From Octopus vulgaris (Eukaryota): DNA of 64,000 nt. Within the stretch, counting starts at the first letter, position 1. Each line of letters begins with the position of its first letter. The notes beneath the pieces are model-generated. The model saw only the letters and a program-made list of their open reading frames with translations, was not told the origin of the DNA and ran no database searches. The stretch covers positions 57,040,001 through 57,104,000 of the forward strand of contig OX597829.1 in assembly GCA_951406725.2 (NCBI GenBank). The letters run 5' to 3'. This document shows positions 24,726 to 40,540 of the stretch, in pieces. The position numbers and the translations under genes are program-made.

Positions 24726-27700
24726 CCTATATATATATATAGGTATATATATATATATATAATGTCAAAAAAGTTGTGTGGAATAAAATAGATTATTTTA
24801 AGAAATTAGTTTAATTATCAAAAGCAATGTTTCAAACAGTTCATTATTTATTTTGAACCTTCTCCTATTTGTGGGAATCTTGATTCAGTAAAATGATGGC
24901 AATTCTGGCATAGGGGTAAAAAATAGGAAGAAAAAAAAAAGTGGTGCCCCCCTCCACCACTTCGCTTGGTGTCCTAAGCACATATTTTGTTTAATGGTTA
25001 ATCCAGCCCTGCATGAAACATTATAAGCCAACAAACAAGACAGCAAGCCATCCAGCTTTATTGGGAAAACCATTAAATCTGGTATATATATAGTTTTCTA
25101 AATATAATGAAAGCCTTCATTTCATGAAATAAATAAATAAAAAGTTTGACATATTTATTTAAGTTTTGTGTATCAGGCATGGATATTTGTAAACAATAAC
25201 AAAAACTGCAATCCAAATAAAACAAATGAACCACCAGGTATTAACGAACATAACTGGTGTCACTTTGCTATTTTTACACACACACACACACACAACTATA
25301 GTGTTCAATAAAACATATCTATAGATTTAAGTGATGATATGTCATCTACCTTCCAAACTGGCATAGACTGGATGGTTTGCCAACATATGATGAATTGGTG
25401 GACTGCATCATGTTCCAGTGTCTGCTTCAGCATAGTTTCTATGGCTGAATGCCCTTTCCAATGCCAACCACTTTACAGCATGAACTGGGTGCTTTTTTTT
25501 TTTTTTTTAACATGGCACAGGAACTGCCAAGTAACTCCTAAGGCAAAAAAGCACCTTCATTGAATGTGAGTGTAGTTGAGAGGGAGGTGATCATCAAATT
25601 TGGCTGCAAGTACATCTTTATCCAACTTATATTAGCACAGAAAAACAGATGTTAAAATGAACTAAGATTATGAGATTCATACACACACACACAAAATTAT
25701 TAGTTTTTTGTCATGCTTACTAAAGAGATCTAATAAGACTGAAACACTGGTTACTTCCACCAGCTGGCTTTAATGTATAAACATCATAAAATATCTCTAT
25801 GAGGTGCAGCCATGGCTGTGTGGTAAAAGTTCCAGTTTCAGTTCCATATTGAATGGTGTGTACCTTTCCTTCAGTGGACACTAAACTGCTTGTGAAGACC
25901 TGTTGAGGCAAGCAAAATTGAAATCAAATCAAATTTACGAATTCAATGACTGGCACCTGTGCCAGTAGAGTGCTAAGAACACCATCCGAGCATGATTGCT
26001 GACAGAGTAGCTGACTGGCTTCTGTGCCGGTGGTGTGTAAAAAGCACCATCAAACATGATCGTTATCAGCGTTGCCTTACTGGCACTTGTGCCAGTGGCA
26101 TGTGAAAAACATCTGAGCGAGGTCATTGTCAGTGCCACTGGACTGGCTCCTGTGCAGGTGGCACATAAAAAACACCATTTGAGCATGGCCCTTGCCAGTA
26201 CCATCTGACTGGCTCTCATACCGGTGGTACGCAAAAGCACCACTACACTCTTGGAGAGGTTGGTGTTAAGGAAGGGCATCAGGCTGTAGAAACTCTGCCA
26301 GATCAAGATTGGGGCCTGGTGCAGCCATCTGGTTCACCAGTCCTCAGTCAAATCATCCAACCCATGCTAGCATGGAAAGCAGACATTAAACGATGATGAT
26401 GATCAATTTATGATATGATTTACTTTCTGTAGCTGTTTCAGTCTAACAATAACATCATTCATATGATTACATAATTCATCATCATCATCATCGTTTAACG
26501 TCTGCTTTCCATGCTGGCATGGGTTGGACAATTTGACTGAGGACTGGTGAACCAGATGGCAGCACCAGGCTCCAATCTTGATCTGGCAGAGTTTCTACAG
26601 CTGGATGCCCTTCCTAACGCCAACCACTCCGAGAGTGTAGAGGGCGCCTTTACGTGCCAGTCAGGCGGTACAGGCGATGGCCATGATCAAATGGTGTTTT
26701 TTACTTTCCACCTAAACAGGAGCCAGTCCAGCGGCACTGGCAATGACCTCGCTCGAATGTTTTTTCACATGCCACTGGCACAAGTGCGAGTACATAATTA
26801 CATTTAACTGTGATGTCTCTTATTTTCATCCTTTCTCCTGATGAGATCAACACCCATCACATTATGAATGTTAATTATCTAATTATATAAGTGTTTTTTG
26901 TTTTGTTGAAACAGTTGTGGAAAACATGAATTTTATGTAAAATTTATACTTTTCTGCCTTTTACTATTTCATATATCTATACACACAGAAGTTGGCACAT
27001 AGGTGCAAAACATGATGGAAAAAACAGTACCCACCCTATATGATGTACACAAGGATATTGCTTTTACGTTTAGATTCAGAAAGCAAATATTTACTTGAGC
27101 CACACTCTTCATATTCATAATCAGCATCACTACACTCTCTAAATACACACACACACACGTAAACCGGTTAGTGTTGCTATGTGCAATATACTTTGCTGCG
27201 GAGGTCTAATTAGATTGAAACATGCTGGTTACTTTGATCAGTTGGTTGTTTTAAAGACCAGATCCACTCTTATCAGCACTGGATATATTCTTCAAAAATT
27301 TTAGCCCTATTTACTGGGGTTATCTCCCTTGTTTTTTTTTTTTTGTTAATATTATAACACTACCAGGGGGAATTTCTACCTATTAATTGCTTGAAAGATC
27401 TCATTTAATCAATGTTTTCCAACTCAGAGAATAACATACATGAAGCTGTACTTTAGTATATATTTACAAGTGAAACTAGAAACCAAAGACAAACAAACTA
27501 AAATTAACCCTACTAGACATTCAATTTGAAGTCCCCATCTAATAAATTTTGAATGAGTAGTCTTATAAGGTTATGGGGCCTATTAATTTGAATATAAAAT
27601 TTTTTGGAAGTGGAGATAGCAATCATAGTTAAAATTGTAACCCACAATACCAACATTATCAAGAAGACAAAATTTTTTTTTAATGGTGCTTTCAGACAAA

Positions 27701-27929
27701 GTTCTTTGTGATATTTGTTCCACCTATGTGATACAAATACTCTCTTGTCCCTTGTTCTGTCTTAAGTACAGTGAGACAGAAATTAGCGCACTGGAAAATT
27801 GTAACTAACAACAATATTGTCCAAAAAATACACAACTGCAGAAAATAATACAGGATTACTTTTGATCATAACTCTGCTTGTTTCGTACTGACCTGTGGCT
27901 AAACAATAACAGTAACGAGGTCAAGAAAT

Positions 27930-28011
27930 CACTCTTCCTTCAAAAGATAAAATGACTGTTTACATTCACAAATATTTCTCTAAAAGAAGAATTTAAGTGC
28001 AACTCTGCAAA
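27930..28011 (-). pseudogene. FANCA: Exon remnant (FAELHLNSSFREIFVNVNSHFIF*)
   Basis: tttttattag| acceptor in phase 0, following the 29062 exon. FREIFVNVNSH resembles FANCA FREVLKEEDVH. Confidence 0.45.
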
Positions 28012-29061
28012 CTAATAAAAATAAATAGATGACTGTCAGTTTATACAATCCCCCATGACCACCACCACCACTGCCTACTCCGACAGCAGTGAGATTGGTA
28101 ATCCCATTGGTGCCGCTATTTTACATCTAAGAGATTTCAAGTCAAAGGTCTTTACCAGGAATGACAGTGATATGGCTAGTTGTTTAGCCCAAGGTTTATT
28201 CAAACCTTATCAAGCAGACCTATGATCATAACTGTTTCAGCTGTGACCATTCCACCTTTTTTTTATGCTTATGAAGGACTATTTTTTTTAATGCATCCTT
28301 TCATTGTTCAAGATGGCAAAGTTTAATATGAGGATGATTTGGCTATTGTTTCTAGCAAGCTTGAGCAATCATTTGGAATTATCTTTGCCTCTTCAGTCTG
28401 TATACAGGCATGGCTGTGTCATTAAGAAGTTTGCTTCCCAATCATGGTTCTGGGTTCAGTCCCACTGCATGGCATCTTGGGCAAGTGTCTTCTACTACAG
28501 CTCTCAGCTAACCAAAACTTTGGATGTAGCAGCCAGAAATGGAAAGAAGCCTGTCATGTGATTGTTGTAAATGGAATATCATACATTTCCAATTTTACAT
28601 GAAAACATGTCTAGCCATGGGAAATTGGAGACAGGTGAGGATTGGAGACAGGAAAGGCATTTGGCTGTAGAGAATCTGCCTTAATAAGCTTTGTCTAGTC
28701 CAAACAAGCATGGAAAAGTCATCATCATCCTCATCATTTAACGTCCGATGTCTATGCTGGCATGGGTTGGATGGTTTGACCGGGAACTGGCAAGCTGGAA
28801 GGCTGCATCAGACTCCAGTCAAATTTGGCGTGGTTTCTTCAGCTGGATGCTCTTCCTAATGCCAACCACTCAGCAGAGTTTAATGGGTGTTAAAAACTGC
28901 TGATGATATAACAAGGGTCATATATGAGATGAGAGAAAAACTGGAGTTGGCAGGTTGACGCCTTTCCTAAGATTAAGACTAAGGTAAGTGATAAAATGAA
29001 ATTGTAAATCTGAAGAATCAAAAATAAGAGCAGCACAGATTCAGTTCCAAATGAATTTTAC

Positions 29062-29174
29062 CATCTTAAGTCCACAGCTATTGTGCATATTAACTATGGT
29101 GGCAGCAATTGATTCTCTGATAGAACCAAGGATATTATATTTCTGTTGGTCTTTTTCTGAATCAATGATGATAT
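29062..29174 (-). pseudogene. FANCA: Open 113-nt exon (IIIDSEKDQQKYNILGSIRESIAATIVNMHNSCGLKM)
   Basis: ctgacag| acceptor, ATG|gtaaaa donor, no stop in the phase 1 to 0 frame. Assigned to FANCA mainly by position. Confidence 0.55.
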
Positions 29175-29500
29175 CTGTCAGTCATAAGTATTGACAGAAG
29201 TCTCCCTGATTTTCTCTGATGGGGCAGGATTTGAACTCAGATCACACAGTACTGAGACAGGCTTCTTGTTCAATGCTCTAACAATTTGATACCCTGGTCT
29301 GGTACTTTATTTATTGGTCCTTGTAAAATGAAAGGCAATGCTGACCTCAGAAGGATTTGAACCCCAAAATTAAGACAGCCAGAATCAAACTATTGCAAAG
29401 CATTCTAACCAAAAGTAATTCTACACGCACACTCATACATGCACATATATATATATATATATATACACACACTTATGAACACATACACACATATGTATAT

Positions 29501-29549
<49 letters not shown>

Positions 29550-29699
29550 CAGTATAAAAAAATACCTTTTTAAAATAGAAATAGTTCCTATCACCAAGAT
29601 AAAACACCATAAGCACCTTCTTAGATTTCAAAATTCTAAGAGGTGCCAAAACCAGTGTATAAGGGAGGGATAAGGGGGTGGGGGAGAAATACAGGTTGA

Positions 29700-30068
29700 G
29701 GAATAAGATACAAAGTATGATTAAAAAAAATCTCATATATCAAAAGAAAACTGATTTTGATAAAAGAATAACTTAATATTGGAATAATAAAGAATAGGCT
29801 AGAAAGGAATTGGCATAGTTATAGATAAATTGTTGATTCTTAACTCTTCTCATTCGTGAAGAAAGAAATGACATCCCCCACAAATAGTGAAGTGTACTCT
29901 AAGAATTCTGGTAAAGACAGACAGGTGAAATAACTCCTGACATAAAAATTTATCAAAACATGAAACGAGATGGAGTGGATTTGATTTTTGGCAATAAGAT
30001 GAAACTTCAGATGTTTCACACTTATTAAACCTCATCAGCAAACCAAAGTCTAAAATTTACTGCCAGAC
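29700..30068 (-). pseudogene. FANCA: FANCA-like exon remnant(s) with at least two frameshifts and several stops
   Basis: Acceptor tatttctcag|GT. Three different frames give GLAV, then PLHLVSCFDKFL, then SYFTCLSLPEFLEYTSLFVGDVISFF*..LCQFLS. Confidence 0.65.
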
Positions 30069-31079
30069 CTGAGAAATATAAGGTATATTCATTTTTTGAC
30101 AGCCATTTTACCATGCTAGCATGGGTTAGATGAATGTATTATTGAAGCATAGTTTTACAGCTGCATGCCATTCCTGTCACCAACTATTACCTGCTTTCCA
30201 AGTAATGGATTTCAGTCTACATGTATATGAAGGCACAGAACAGGCACAGGATTTGTTGATGAGAAACAGCAACAGTATCACTGCTTGAAGTTCAGTGATT
30301 TTCAGAGAAGTGTAAAAGTAAACAAACACATGCACATATATACATGCATTTGCATGCACACGCACACACAACAGGTTTCTTTCAGTTTGTATGGTGAGGC
30401 TTTGTTTGGGCTGGGACTGTAGCAGAAGACGTATGTCCAAGGTATGGCACAGTGGAACTGAAACTGAGACTACATGGTTAGGAAGTGAACTTAACCACAC
30501 AGCCACCTCTCTGCCTATATAAAGATTTTAACGAATAAACATTAATTGGTGTTATAACTTTTAAAAAAGAGGGGGAGAGATGGATATCTAACAGTACCTG
30601 CTGCATGAAAAACAAGTGGACTTTAATGTAGATAATTAATTAAAAATCATAACTGTATGCTGAGATAACATTGTTATCTAAACAATTCAATTATAGTAAA
30701 AAAAGGAAGGGGAAATAACTCTGGTATTTAAATTAAGGCAATTGAAAACAATGTAGTGGGAACTGAGTCTGACAATGAAGATCCCTGTCTGTCTGTCTGT
30801 CTATGCTACTGCAGCAAGCTAGCAAATATACTGCCAACCGTGTTCTGATAAATTAATCTATTACATGGTCACTTAATGCACAAGAAAAAGCAGCCAAATG
30901 TTCATATTCTACCTTCTTAAAGAAAGAGAAGATATACATTAAATAAAGCAGTCCCACTGAGTCTGAATAAAAGATGGAACAGTCATGGCTGGACTGCTTG
31001 TAATCACAGTGGACTTGGAGCTAAACAGCAGTGACCATACAGAGCATCAACCACCACCAACAACAACAACATTGAATAC

Positions 31080-31910
31080 GGTGACAAATTTAGTGTGCAG
31101 GTAGGAGTTCACCAAAGATTGGTTCTCAGCCCCTTCTTGTTTATCACAGTCCTCCAGGCCATAACTGAGTAATTTAAGACTGGTTTCCTTTGAGAGCTCC
31201 TTCATGCTGATGACCTTGTTCTTATAGCTGAATCACTACCTGATCTAGAGAAGAAATTTCAGGTGTGGAAGCAAGGTCTGGAATCTAAGGTCCTCAGAAG
31301 CAAATTAACCAAAGAATTAATAAGGTGGAAAGTACAGAAATTACTAATCCTTTCAGAGAGATGGCTCTGCTTGATATGTAGAAAAGCTGTAAGTAGAGAT
31401 TCCATAAGGTGTGCCCAGTGCAAGCTATGGACACATAAAAAGCTCTGAGAGCTGTTACCTTTGTTGGTAAGTCAGAGCATTTCCCTCAGAGTGAAAGGCA
31501 GATGGAACGATGCCTGTGCATGGACAGCTTAAGTTACATGGTAGTGAAAACATAAGCTGTGACTGCAGAGAACATGCAAAGGTTTGAAAGAAATGAAGCC
31601 AACATGCTCTGCTGAATGTGCAATGTCAGTGTGCTTATATGACAAGGTGTAAATGTTTTGAGAGAAAAATTGTGTATATTAGGCATCAGATGTAGTGTGC
31701 AAGAGAGAAAGCTGTGTTGGTCATGTGATGCATATGGAAGAGGACAGTTTCATAAAGAAGTACTGACTGCTAAATGTGGAGGCAACATGTGAAAGAGGAA
31801 GACCCAGGAAGATGTGGATGGAAGTAGTGAGAAATGATCTTCAGATATTGAGCCTGACAGAGATGACAAATGACCAAGATAACTGGCAATTTGGTGTGCT
31901 TGAGAAGTTC
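31080..31910 (+). mobile_element. RTE LINE fragment (RT to ORF2 end), internally deleted
   Basis: GVHQRLVLSPFLFITVL..ELLHADDLVLIAES..WKQGLESK; RGRPRKMW. Confidence 0.9.
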
Positions 31911-32279
31911 TGTTAGATAAAATCCATGTCTGTGATGCTTCCCTCATCACAACTCACCCATGTTCATTAGATACATATGCGAAAACAAAAAATTGAAAAT
32001 GCTTAGAGAATATATGGATTTCCCATTTAATATTCAAAAGTGTATGTAAGGTAGAACTGTCACAAATTGTGTCCTTTCTGGCTGTTCTAAAAATTGTTTG
32101 TTTTCATAGAAAGAATGTGGCTCTAAATGCCATTAGTTAATATACAAATTGATTGACTTAGGATGGTCACATGATGTGATAAGGGAATTCTTTGTCAGTA
32201 TTCTGCTATGTTCATCTGTTGAGGTTATGTGAAAGCCATTTGAAAAGGTAATGTCAATGCTTTTGTACAGTGGTTATGT

Positions 32280-34150
32280 CATGGTATTCATGGTAAAAGA
32301 CAAATTGTACACTATTGACGTCTTTGTAGCCTGTTCAATTGTGGTTTGTGTTTTTTTTAATAAATGAACTTTCCTTAATTGTTCATGTTTTGGACAGTGA
32401 TATTGTCTGCACATTGATAAAGTGAGAAGACAAGAAATCTGAGAGATTTGGCTTTTGTACATATGTTCAAATGTTCACTGAGTGGGATTTGTCTAGCCCT
32501 GGCACCTTGTATTTGTTGTCAATGAATTGTTAATCACATTCTTAAGGTGAGTTTGGTTTGTCCAATGTAATCTTGGCTGCATCTGAAGAACAAGGAAAGT
32601 TGTATTTCATAGTAAAAACCTATCCTGACTTAAATCTAGTGTCCTCAATAAGGTTGGTACAAGTTCTACAAGTAGAGTGGCCACACTTTTCTACTGCTGG
32701 AGTTGAGTCTATAGTTGGTAGTTTCATGCTGATAAATAGTTTTCTAGAGATTCAGGTTGTCTTTTGCATTTGATTATTTCATGACTCAAGTGCCTTTTTT
32801 CATTCTTGGATCCCAGCTCAATAATTGTAGGTTCTCATGGATAAGGCGGCTAAATGTTTCTGTGCTTCTTGGTTTATGTGCTTTGAGTGTATCTGCCATG
32901 TTTCTGGCTTTTTGTTATTCTTCAATGTCTACTGCTTTAGCCTTTTCTATTCCATTCTTTGTTAGATTAAATTGATACTTTCTTTCAAGTAGTGCCTGTT
33001 TTAATTCAAGGTTTTTTTTTTATTCTGAACACCCGGATTTGAAGCAGTTGTTCAGTTTCTTTTAGAAAGGTTAAATGGAATATTTGTGTTGATATGTTTT
33101 GGGTGGCATGAAGAAAGTAGTAGGTGGTGTTCAGAGTCTGTTGGTTTGTAGTAGATGTCAGTTTCCATGTTCATGTTATATATTATAATCAAGTTGTCTA
33201 GAAAGGGTAACTGGTTTTGGCTGTATCCCTTTATGAAGTGAATATTGTTATTGATCTGAGTAGGGATTTGAAATCAATGAGTTCATCAAGGTTGTATATC
33301 CACAAAATATGACAGTCATCTATGTATCAATTTTTCAGCAGATATTTTTGGAATGTTGATACCATACTTTGTTTTGACTTGTTCATACAACTGGACTTCT
33401 AGATGTGCCATGACTAAGTTGGTGTAAGTTGGAGCAGCTTTTTTTACCCACTGCAGTCCTAGATATTAGTAGGTATTTTTCTTGAAAATGAAGTGGTTTT
33501 GAAATATGAATTTTAATCCCTTTCTGATGAAGCTTTTCTTTCTATCTACTTCGTCTAGAATTTCATCAGGGAATTTTCTTAGCCAAAGGCTATTGCCTCT
33601 AGTCTGTATTCACATGGTATGGTAATATAAATTTTTCTACATCAAATGAAGCAATTATGGTATATCTGTGAACGTTTTGGGGAAATGGCTTTATAGGTCT
33701 TTGTCACCCTTTATGAAACAGTATAAATTTTAAGAGAGATTTTAACAGTATTTCAAGGAAGTTGCTAAGTCAATAAGTTTCACAGGCTGGATCTGCCACA
33801 ATTGGTCTTGAGATCCTTCAGAAAGGGTTTATTTATGCAGATGGAATGTGATTCTTTGCAGACATCATTGTTTTATTTTTGTGTATTTTAGGAAGTCAAT
33901 AGAAGAAACTGGTTTTGGCTATAAAGTTTGGTCAATTTCTTTATTAGCTAAGCCTTTTCTGTATTGGTTTATGAGTGTTAAGTTTAGACATTGTTTTGTT
34001 TGTTTGTAGTACTTATAATGTTTGTGTACTTTACAATGGGTGTTGTTTTCAAGTAGAGTTAAAGTGAAATTTCTGCATTGTATTTATAAGAATTACACTA
34101 CTTGTTTTGTCCACTCTTTTATAACAATGTTATTATCGTTTTTCAGGTCA
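32280..34150 (-). mobile_element. Penelope-like element, RT pseudogene
   Basis: FY*LPKIH, RPIVADP, ASFDVE, TAVG..APTYTNLVM, YIDDC and ETDIYYKPTDSEHHLLLSSCHPKH.N.NIPF motifs, with stops and frameshifts. Confidence 0.9.
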
Positions 34151-34736
34151 TATAATATTTTCCGTTTTGTTTGACTCGTGATAATAGACTATATAACAGG
34201 GAGCATTTCCTTCTCTTCAGTCTAACTGACTGGCATTGATCACACATTCCTGGCAGCCATGGCTAGGAGCAACGCTCTCTTTGTCCTTCAGTTGGCATAT
34301 GAAAAGCAGCTTTTGGTAGCTGTGTGAAAAAAGCGGTGGTTGCATGTGCTTAGTGCCTCATTATCTTTATTTAGCAGTGTTAGAGAGTTGTGCTTTAATA
34401 TGTAAAAGCTTGCAGGTTGAGCACTGACCTCGGTAGGGAAGCTCTGAATAGTATGGACCATAATAGAGCATAAAGTATATTTGTATTTTTGAGATGATGT
34501 ATGCAGTTGGCGAGTGTTGTAGATTTACTATGTTTATCATATCTAAAAGAATGGAGGTGAGCAGCATATCGCTGCTTAAAATTTTTTTTTTATATATACA
34601 CATATTGATATATGACCTATATTGGACTCCTCATTCGCATAATCAGCGAACCTGGAGCTTAACTATAGTCTGTCCATAGCTCTTACTCAGCATTACCTGA
34701 CACCTTTGGGTCTTATTGACACCATTACATCTCATA

Positions 34737-35294
<558 letters not shown>

Positions 35295-35354
35295 ATCATT
35301 CCACCACCGCTCATATCTCTCTGAGATATTTAAAAATTTAATATCTCTAATTTT

Positions 35355-36158
<804 letters not shown>

Positions 36159-36159
36159 T

Positions 36160-36839
36160 CATCATCATCATTTAACGTCTGCTTTCCACGCTAGCATGGG
36201 TTGGACGGTTCAACTGGGGTCTGGGAAGCCAGAAGGCTGCACCAGGCCCAGTCTGATCTGGCAGTGTTTCTGCAGCTGGATGCCCTTCCTAGCGCCAACC
36301 ACTCCGTGAGTGTAGTGGGTGCTTCTTATGTGCCACCAGCACAGGTGCCATACGAGGTTGGCAACGGCCACGATTGGATGGTGCTTTTTACGTGCCACCA
36401 GCACAGAGGCCTGTTGGGGTGGTGCTGGTAACGGCCACGTTTGGATGGTTCTCTTACCTGTCACCAGCGCTGGTATCACAACTACAATTTCCATTGATGT
36501 TGATCGATTTCGATTCTCACTTGCCTCAACAGGTCTTCACAAATAGAGTTTTGTGTCCCAAGAAGGAAAGGTATGCATAAGTGGACTGGCTACATCCCAG
36601 GTAGAGGTCACGGGCTGTGGTCTCACTTGTCCTGCCGGGTCTTCTCACGCACAGCATACTTCCAAAGATCTCGGTCACTAGTCATTTCCTCGGTGAGACC
36701 TAATGTTCGAAGGTCGTACTTTGCCACAGGTTTTCCTGGGTCTACCTTTTCCACAGGTTCCCTCAACTGCTAGGGTGTGGCACTTTTTCACATAACTATC
36801 TTCATCCATTCTCGCCACATGACCATACCAGCGCAAACG

Positions 36840-36842
<3 letters not shown>
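36160..36842 (-). mobile_element. RTE LINE 3' end (ORF2 C-terminus, UTR, tail)
   Basis: Continuous from RWYGHV..VEGTCGKGRPRK to the (GAT)n tail. Confidence 0.85.
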
Positions 36843-36921
<79 letters not shown>

Positions 36922-37486
36922 TATGTCGGTGGCACATAAAAAGCACCATCCAAACGTGGCCAATGTCAGTGCTGCCTTGGCTGGCTTCCGTGCCGGTGGC
37001 ACGTTAAAAGCACCAACTGATCGTGGCCGATGCCAGACCGCCCCCTGGCACCTATGCAGGTGGCACATAAAAAGCACCCACTACACTCGCAGAGTGGTTA
37101 GCGTTAGGAAGGGCATCCAGCTGTAGAAACACTGCCAGATCAGACTGGAGCCTGGTGCAGCCTCCTGGCTTCCCAGACCCCGGTCGAACCGTCCAACCCG
37201 TGCTAGCGCAGTAAACGGACATTAAACGATGATGATGATGATATACATATATATATATATAGATAGGTATACTCTTTTACTTGTTTCAGTAATTTGACTG
37301 GCCATGCTGGAGTACTGCCTTTAGTGAACAAACCAACCCAAGGACTTATTCTTTGGAAGCATAGTACTTATACTATTGGTATCTTTTGCCAAACCGCTAA
37401 GTTACAGAGACATAAACACACCATCGGTTGCCAAGCAATGTTGGGGGGACAAACACAGACACACAAACACAGACACACAAACATAT

Positions 37487-37534
<48 letters not shown>

Positions 37535-37718
37535 GACGGGCTTCTTTCAGTTTCCATCTACCAAATCCACTCAGAAGACTTTGGTTGGCCTGTGGCTATA
37601 GAAGACACTTGCCCAAAGTGCCACGCAGTGGGACTGAACCTGGAACCATGTGGTTGGTAAGCAAGCTACTTACCACACAGCCACTCCTGTACCTATGATG
37701 TGTGTATATATATATGTA

Positions 37719-37945
37719 TTAGCAGAGACACCTGGCGTTGCTTGGGATTGAAATGACATAGTTTAAATATATATTACAGTTATGTTGAAACAGGTGAAAA
37801 AAAAATCGGAAGGGTCGTATAGTGAGGGTTACAGCCCCCTATATATGCAAGGGCCAAAGAACCTTCCCCAAGCAATGAAAACCCTCCAGCGGTTTGGACG
37901 TGCATAGAAGAAACACACACACAGTGAATTTTATATATATATACA
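37719..37945 (-). mobile_element. Helentron/DINE-like non-autonomous element
   Basis: tagcagagacacctggcgttgcttggga at one end and (AC)n..ttttatatatata at the other, an architecture typical of such elements. Confidence 0.45.
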
Positions 37946-38461
37946 CACATTAAAATTTAAATAAATCTCCATATATTCTGTGTATTTTTCAACTTTATTT
38001 ATTTATTTTTTATCCTACTTGTTTGGATTAGTTATGAGATATAGGTACATATGTGTGGATATATATCACTATGATCACTGTGACCGACCAGGCTTTCAGA
38101 TGTTGCTACACATCGCTGGTCACAATGCGCTTCGCATTGTTTTAGCCTTCAAATGACACCACTCCATTGGCTAAGCAAGCAGGCCAAGAGAAGAAAGGGT
38201 GAGAGAAAGTTGTGGCGAAAGAGTACGGCAGGGATCGCCACCACCCCCTGCTGGAGCCTCATGGAGATTTAGGTGTTTTCGCTCAATAAGCACCCACAAC
38301 ACCCGGTCTCGGAATCAAAACCATGATCCTACAATCTCGAGTCCAATGCCCTAACCACTGATTTTGGTTTTAATTTCTTTCTTGAAAGTGTTTGGTTAAG
38401 TGCTAATAAAGAATTATCCAAAAATTCTGACTGCCTCCTTTTTCTCAAAATAAATAAATAA

Positions 38462-38513
<52 letters not shown>

Positions 38514-38668
38514 TTATATAAAAGGAAATAATTTTATTCTCAAATGCAGGGTAATGCTAATAATATAGCATGAACGAGATAAATTACCCATATTTTGCAA
38601 AGAGCTAGCCATCAGGCTGATTGAATATCGTTCTTATAACTCCAGTGTCTTTTACAGTTGACTCACAC

Positions 38669-38727
38669 CCAAAACTAAGTAACCTTTCAAACTTGGTACA
38701 TATATACGGTGGACAATGTGAAACAAA
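38669..38727 (-). pseudogene. FANCA: FANCA-like exon (LFHIVHRIYVPSLKGYLVL-G)
   Basis: Acceptor tttctcttggttcag| and donor G|gtgtgagt. The phase-1 end joins the 30068 exon to give VLG-LAV, matching FANCA PSLSAPHVLGLAA. Confidence 0.7.
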
Positions 38728-39289
38728 CTGAACCAAGAGAAAGTAAAAAATAGATAAAATAATCGTTAATAAGCAACAAAAATAATCAAAGATCAGCAAT
38801 AAATACACTGACCATCAAATGTAGTCGATCTATTGCTGTTTCAATGTTGCTTCTGTTTTCTGTAATTATTAAAATGAACATTTTCATGTCAGAAGATGGG
38901 AAAGGAAAAAAAAATGACGAAATACGCACACACACATTTTGCAATTAGCTACACATGATTAGCACATGATTTCAATTAGTGCTTTCGCTTTAAAGGTAAC
39001 AAGTTAGTGAAAGCATTAGAGCATAGGAGAAAATGCTTACATGTCACCTTTTTTTTTTTTTTTCAGTTCCTTTCATTCTGTGTTCAAACCCTGCTGAGGT
39101 AAACTTTGCCTTTCATCCTTTTGGGGTAGATAAAATAAAATACCAGTCATGTACTGGGGTCGATGTAATCACCTCTCCTCCTCTCCCTAAAACTGCTGCT
39201 CGTGTCAAATTTAGAAAGAAAGGTGCTGTTTGTCTCATTTGGTGCAGTTTATTTCACCTTCTCTGTCGTACACATAAAGTTGGAAAGAT

Positions 39290-39321
<32 letters not shown>

Positions 39322-40314
39322 TATCCTGAAGCAAGATTAATGCTAGAAGAAGAAATCTGCCATCATATATTTCCGCAGTAAATGTTGATTCTGTCTCAAG
39401 AGGCAGCCACTTCAATAAGATTATATAACGACTTTTGTTATTAAAATTACCATTTATCACGTCAATGTGTGTGTGTTCCACGTAACCGTATCCATTGGCA
39501 ACATCTGAAGACATTTCACAACTCTGTCAACATCAATATTGATGTAGAAATGGAACAAACCACACCAAACACCAAACGTCAGAATTTTCTTATATGAAAA
39601 TTCTTATATTTTAATATATATGTGGGTGTGTGCGTGTATCAACACACACACACACACACATACACAAATTCTTTGAAAGACCTTGTTTGTATAAGTCAAA
39701 TATCAAATCTCAATGTTATATTAAGTATTATATATATAGACATTGATATTGGTGAACAGACAGACACTCGCACAGAGACAAATACATAAATGAAATACAT
39801 ATATATACGCACATATTAATATATTTAGATGTGAATATACATACATATGATGGAAAGCAGCTCAAGATTATGTACACACACACACAGTGACACTCAAACA
39901 GACATATACAGGCTTTGACACAAATATAATCATGCAAACAGACACACACATACACAAACAAAAATACTCGTTCATACACACACACACACACACAGACACT
40001 CAAAGACACCTACACAGACATTAATGCACACACACACACACACACACAATGCTCAACAACATTGATGGTATTCATTATTTCTTCAGATTCAATATTATGA
40101 AACGGCAGACAATTCTTAAAAGAACCTCCCACCTCCACCACCACTAATTAATCTGCATGAGTGACCACCATGTTGAGGAATGTATGATTAAATAATAATT
40201 TGGAAGATTCTGCATGGACCTTAACAGAAGGAAGGAAAGGAAGGAAGAAGGAAAGAAAAATACATTGAAAGAAAGAGTGTAAGAGTGAGAAAGATAAAGA
40301 AATAAGAGAGATGG

Positions 40315-40540
40315 AGAGAGAGATAAGGAGAGTGAAAGAAAGCAGGAGGGAGGTGAGGGAGAGAGATAAGGAGAGTGAAAGAAAGCAGGAGGGAGGTGAG
40401 GGAGAGAGATAAGGAGAGTGAAAGAAAGCAGGTGGGAGGTGAGGGAGAGAGATAAGGAGAGTGAAAGAAAGCAGGAGGGAGGTGAGGGAGAGAGATAAGG
40501 AGAGTGAAAGAAAGCAGGTGGGAGGTGAGGGAGAGAGAGA
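40315..40540. repeat. 43-bp purine-rich tandem repeat, 5 copies
   Basis: agataaggagagtgaaagaaagcagg(a/t)gggaggtgagggagag starting at 40321, 40364, 40407, 40450 and 40493. Confidence 0.95.

Noticed and set aside
39318-39381. Plus-strand terminal exon TYPEARLMLEEEICHHIFPQ*
   Set aside because: No supporting plus-strand exons. The minus frame (GRFLLLAL) fits the FANCA order at least as well, and both are weak.
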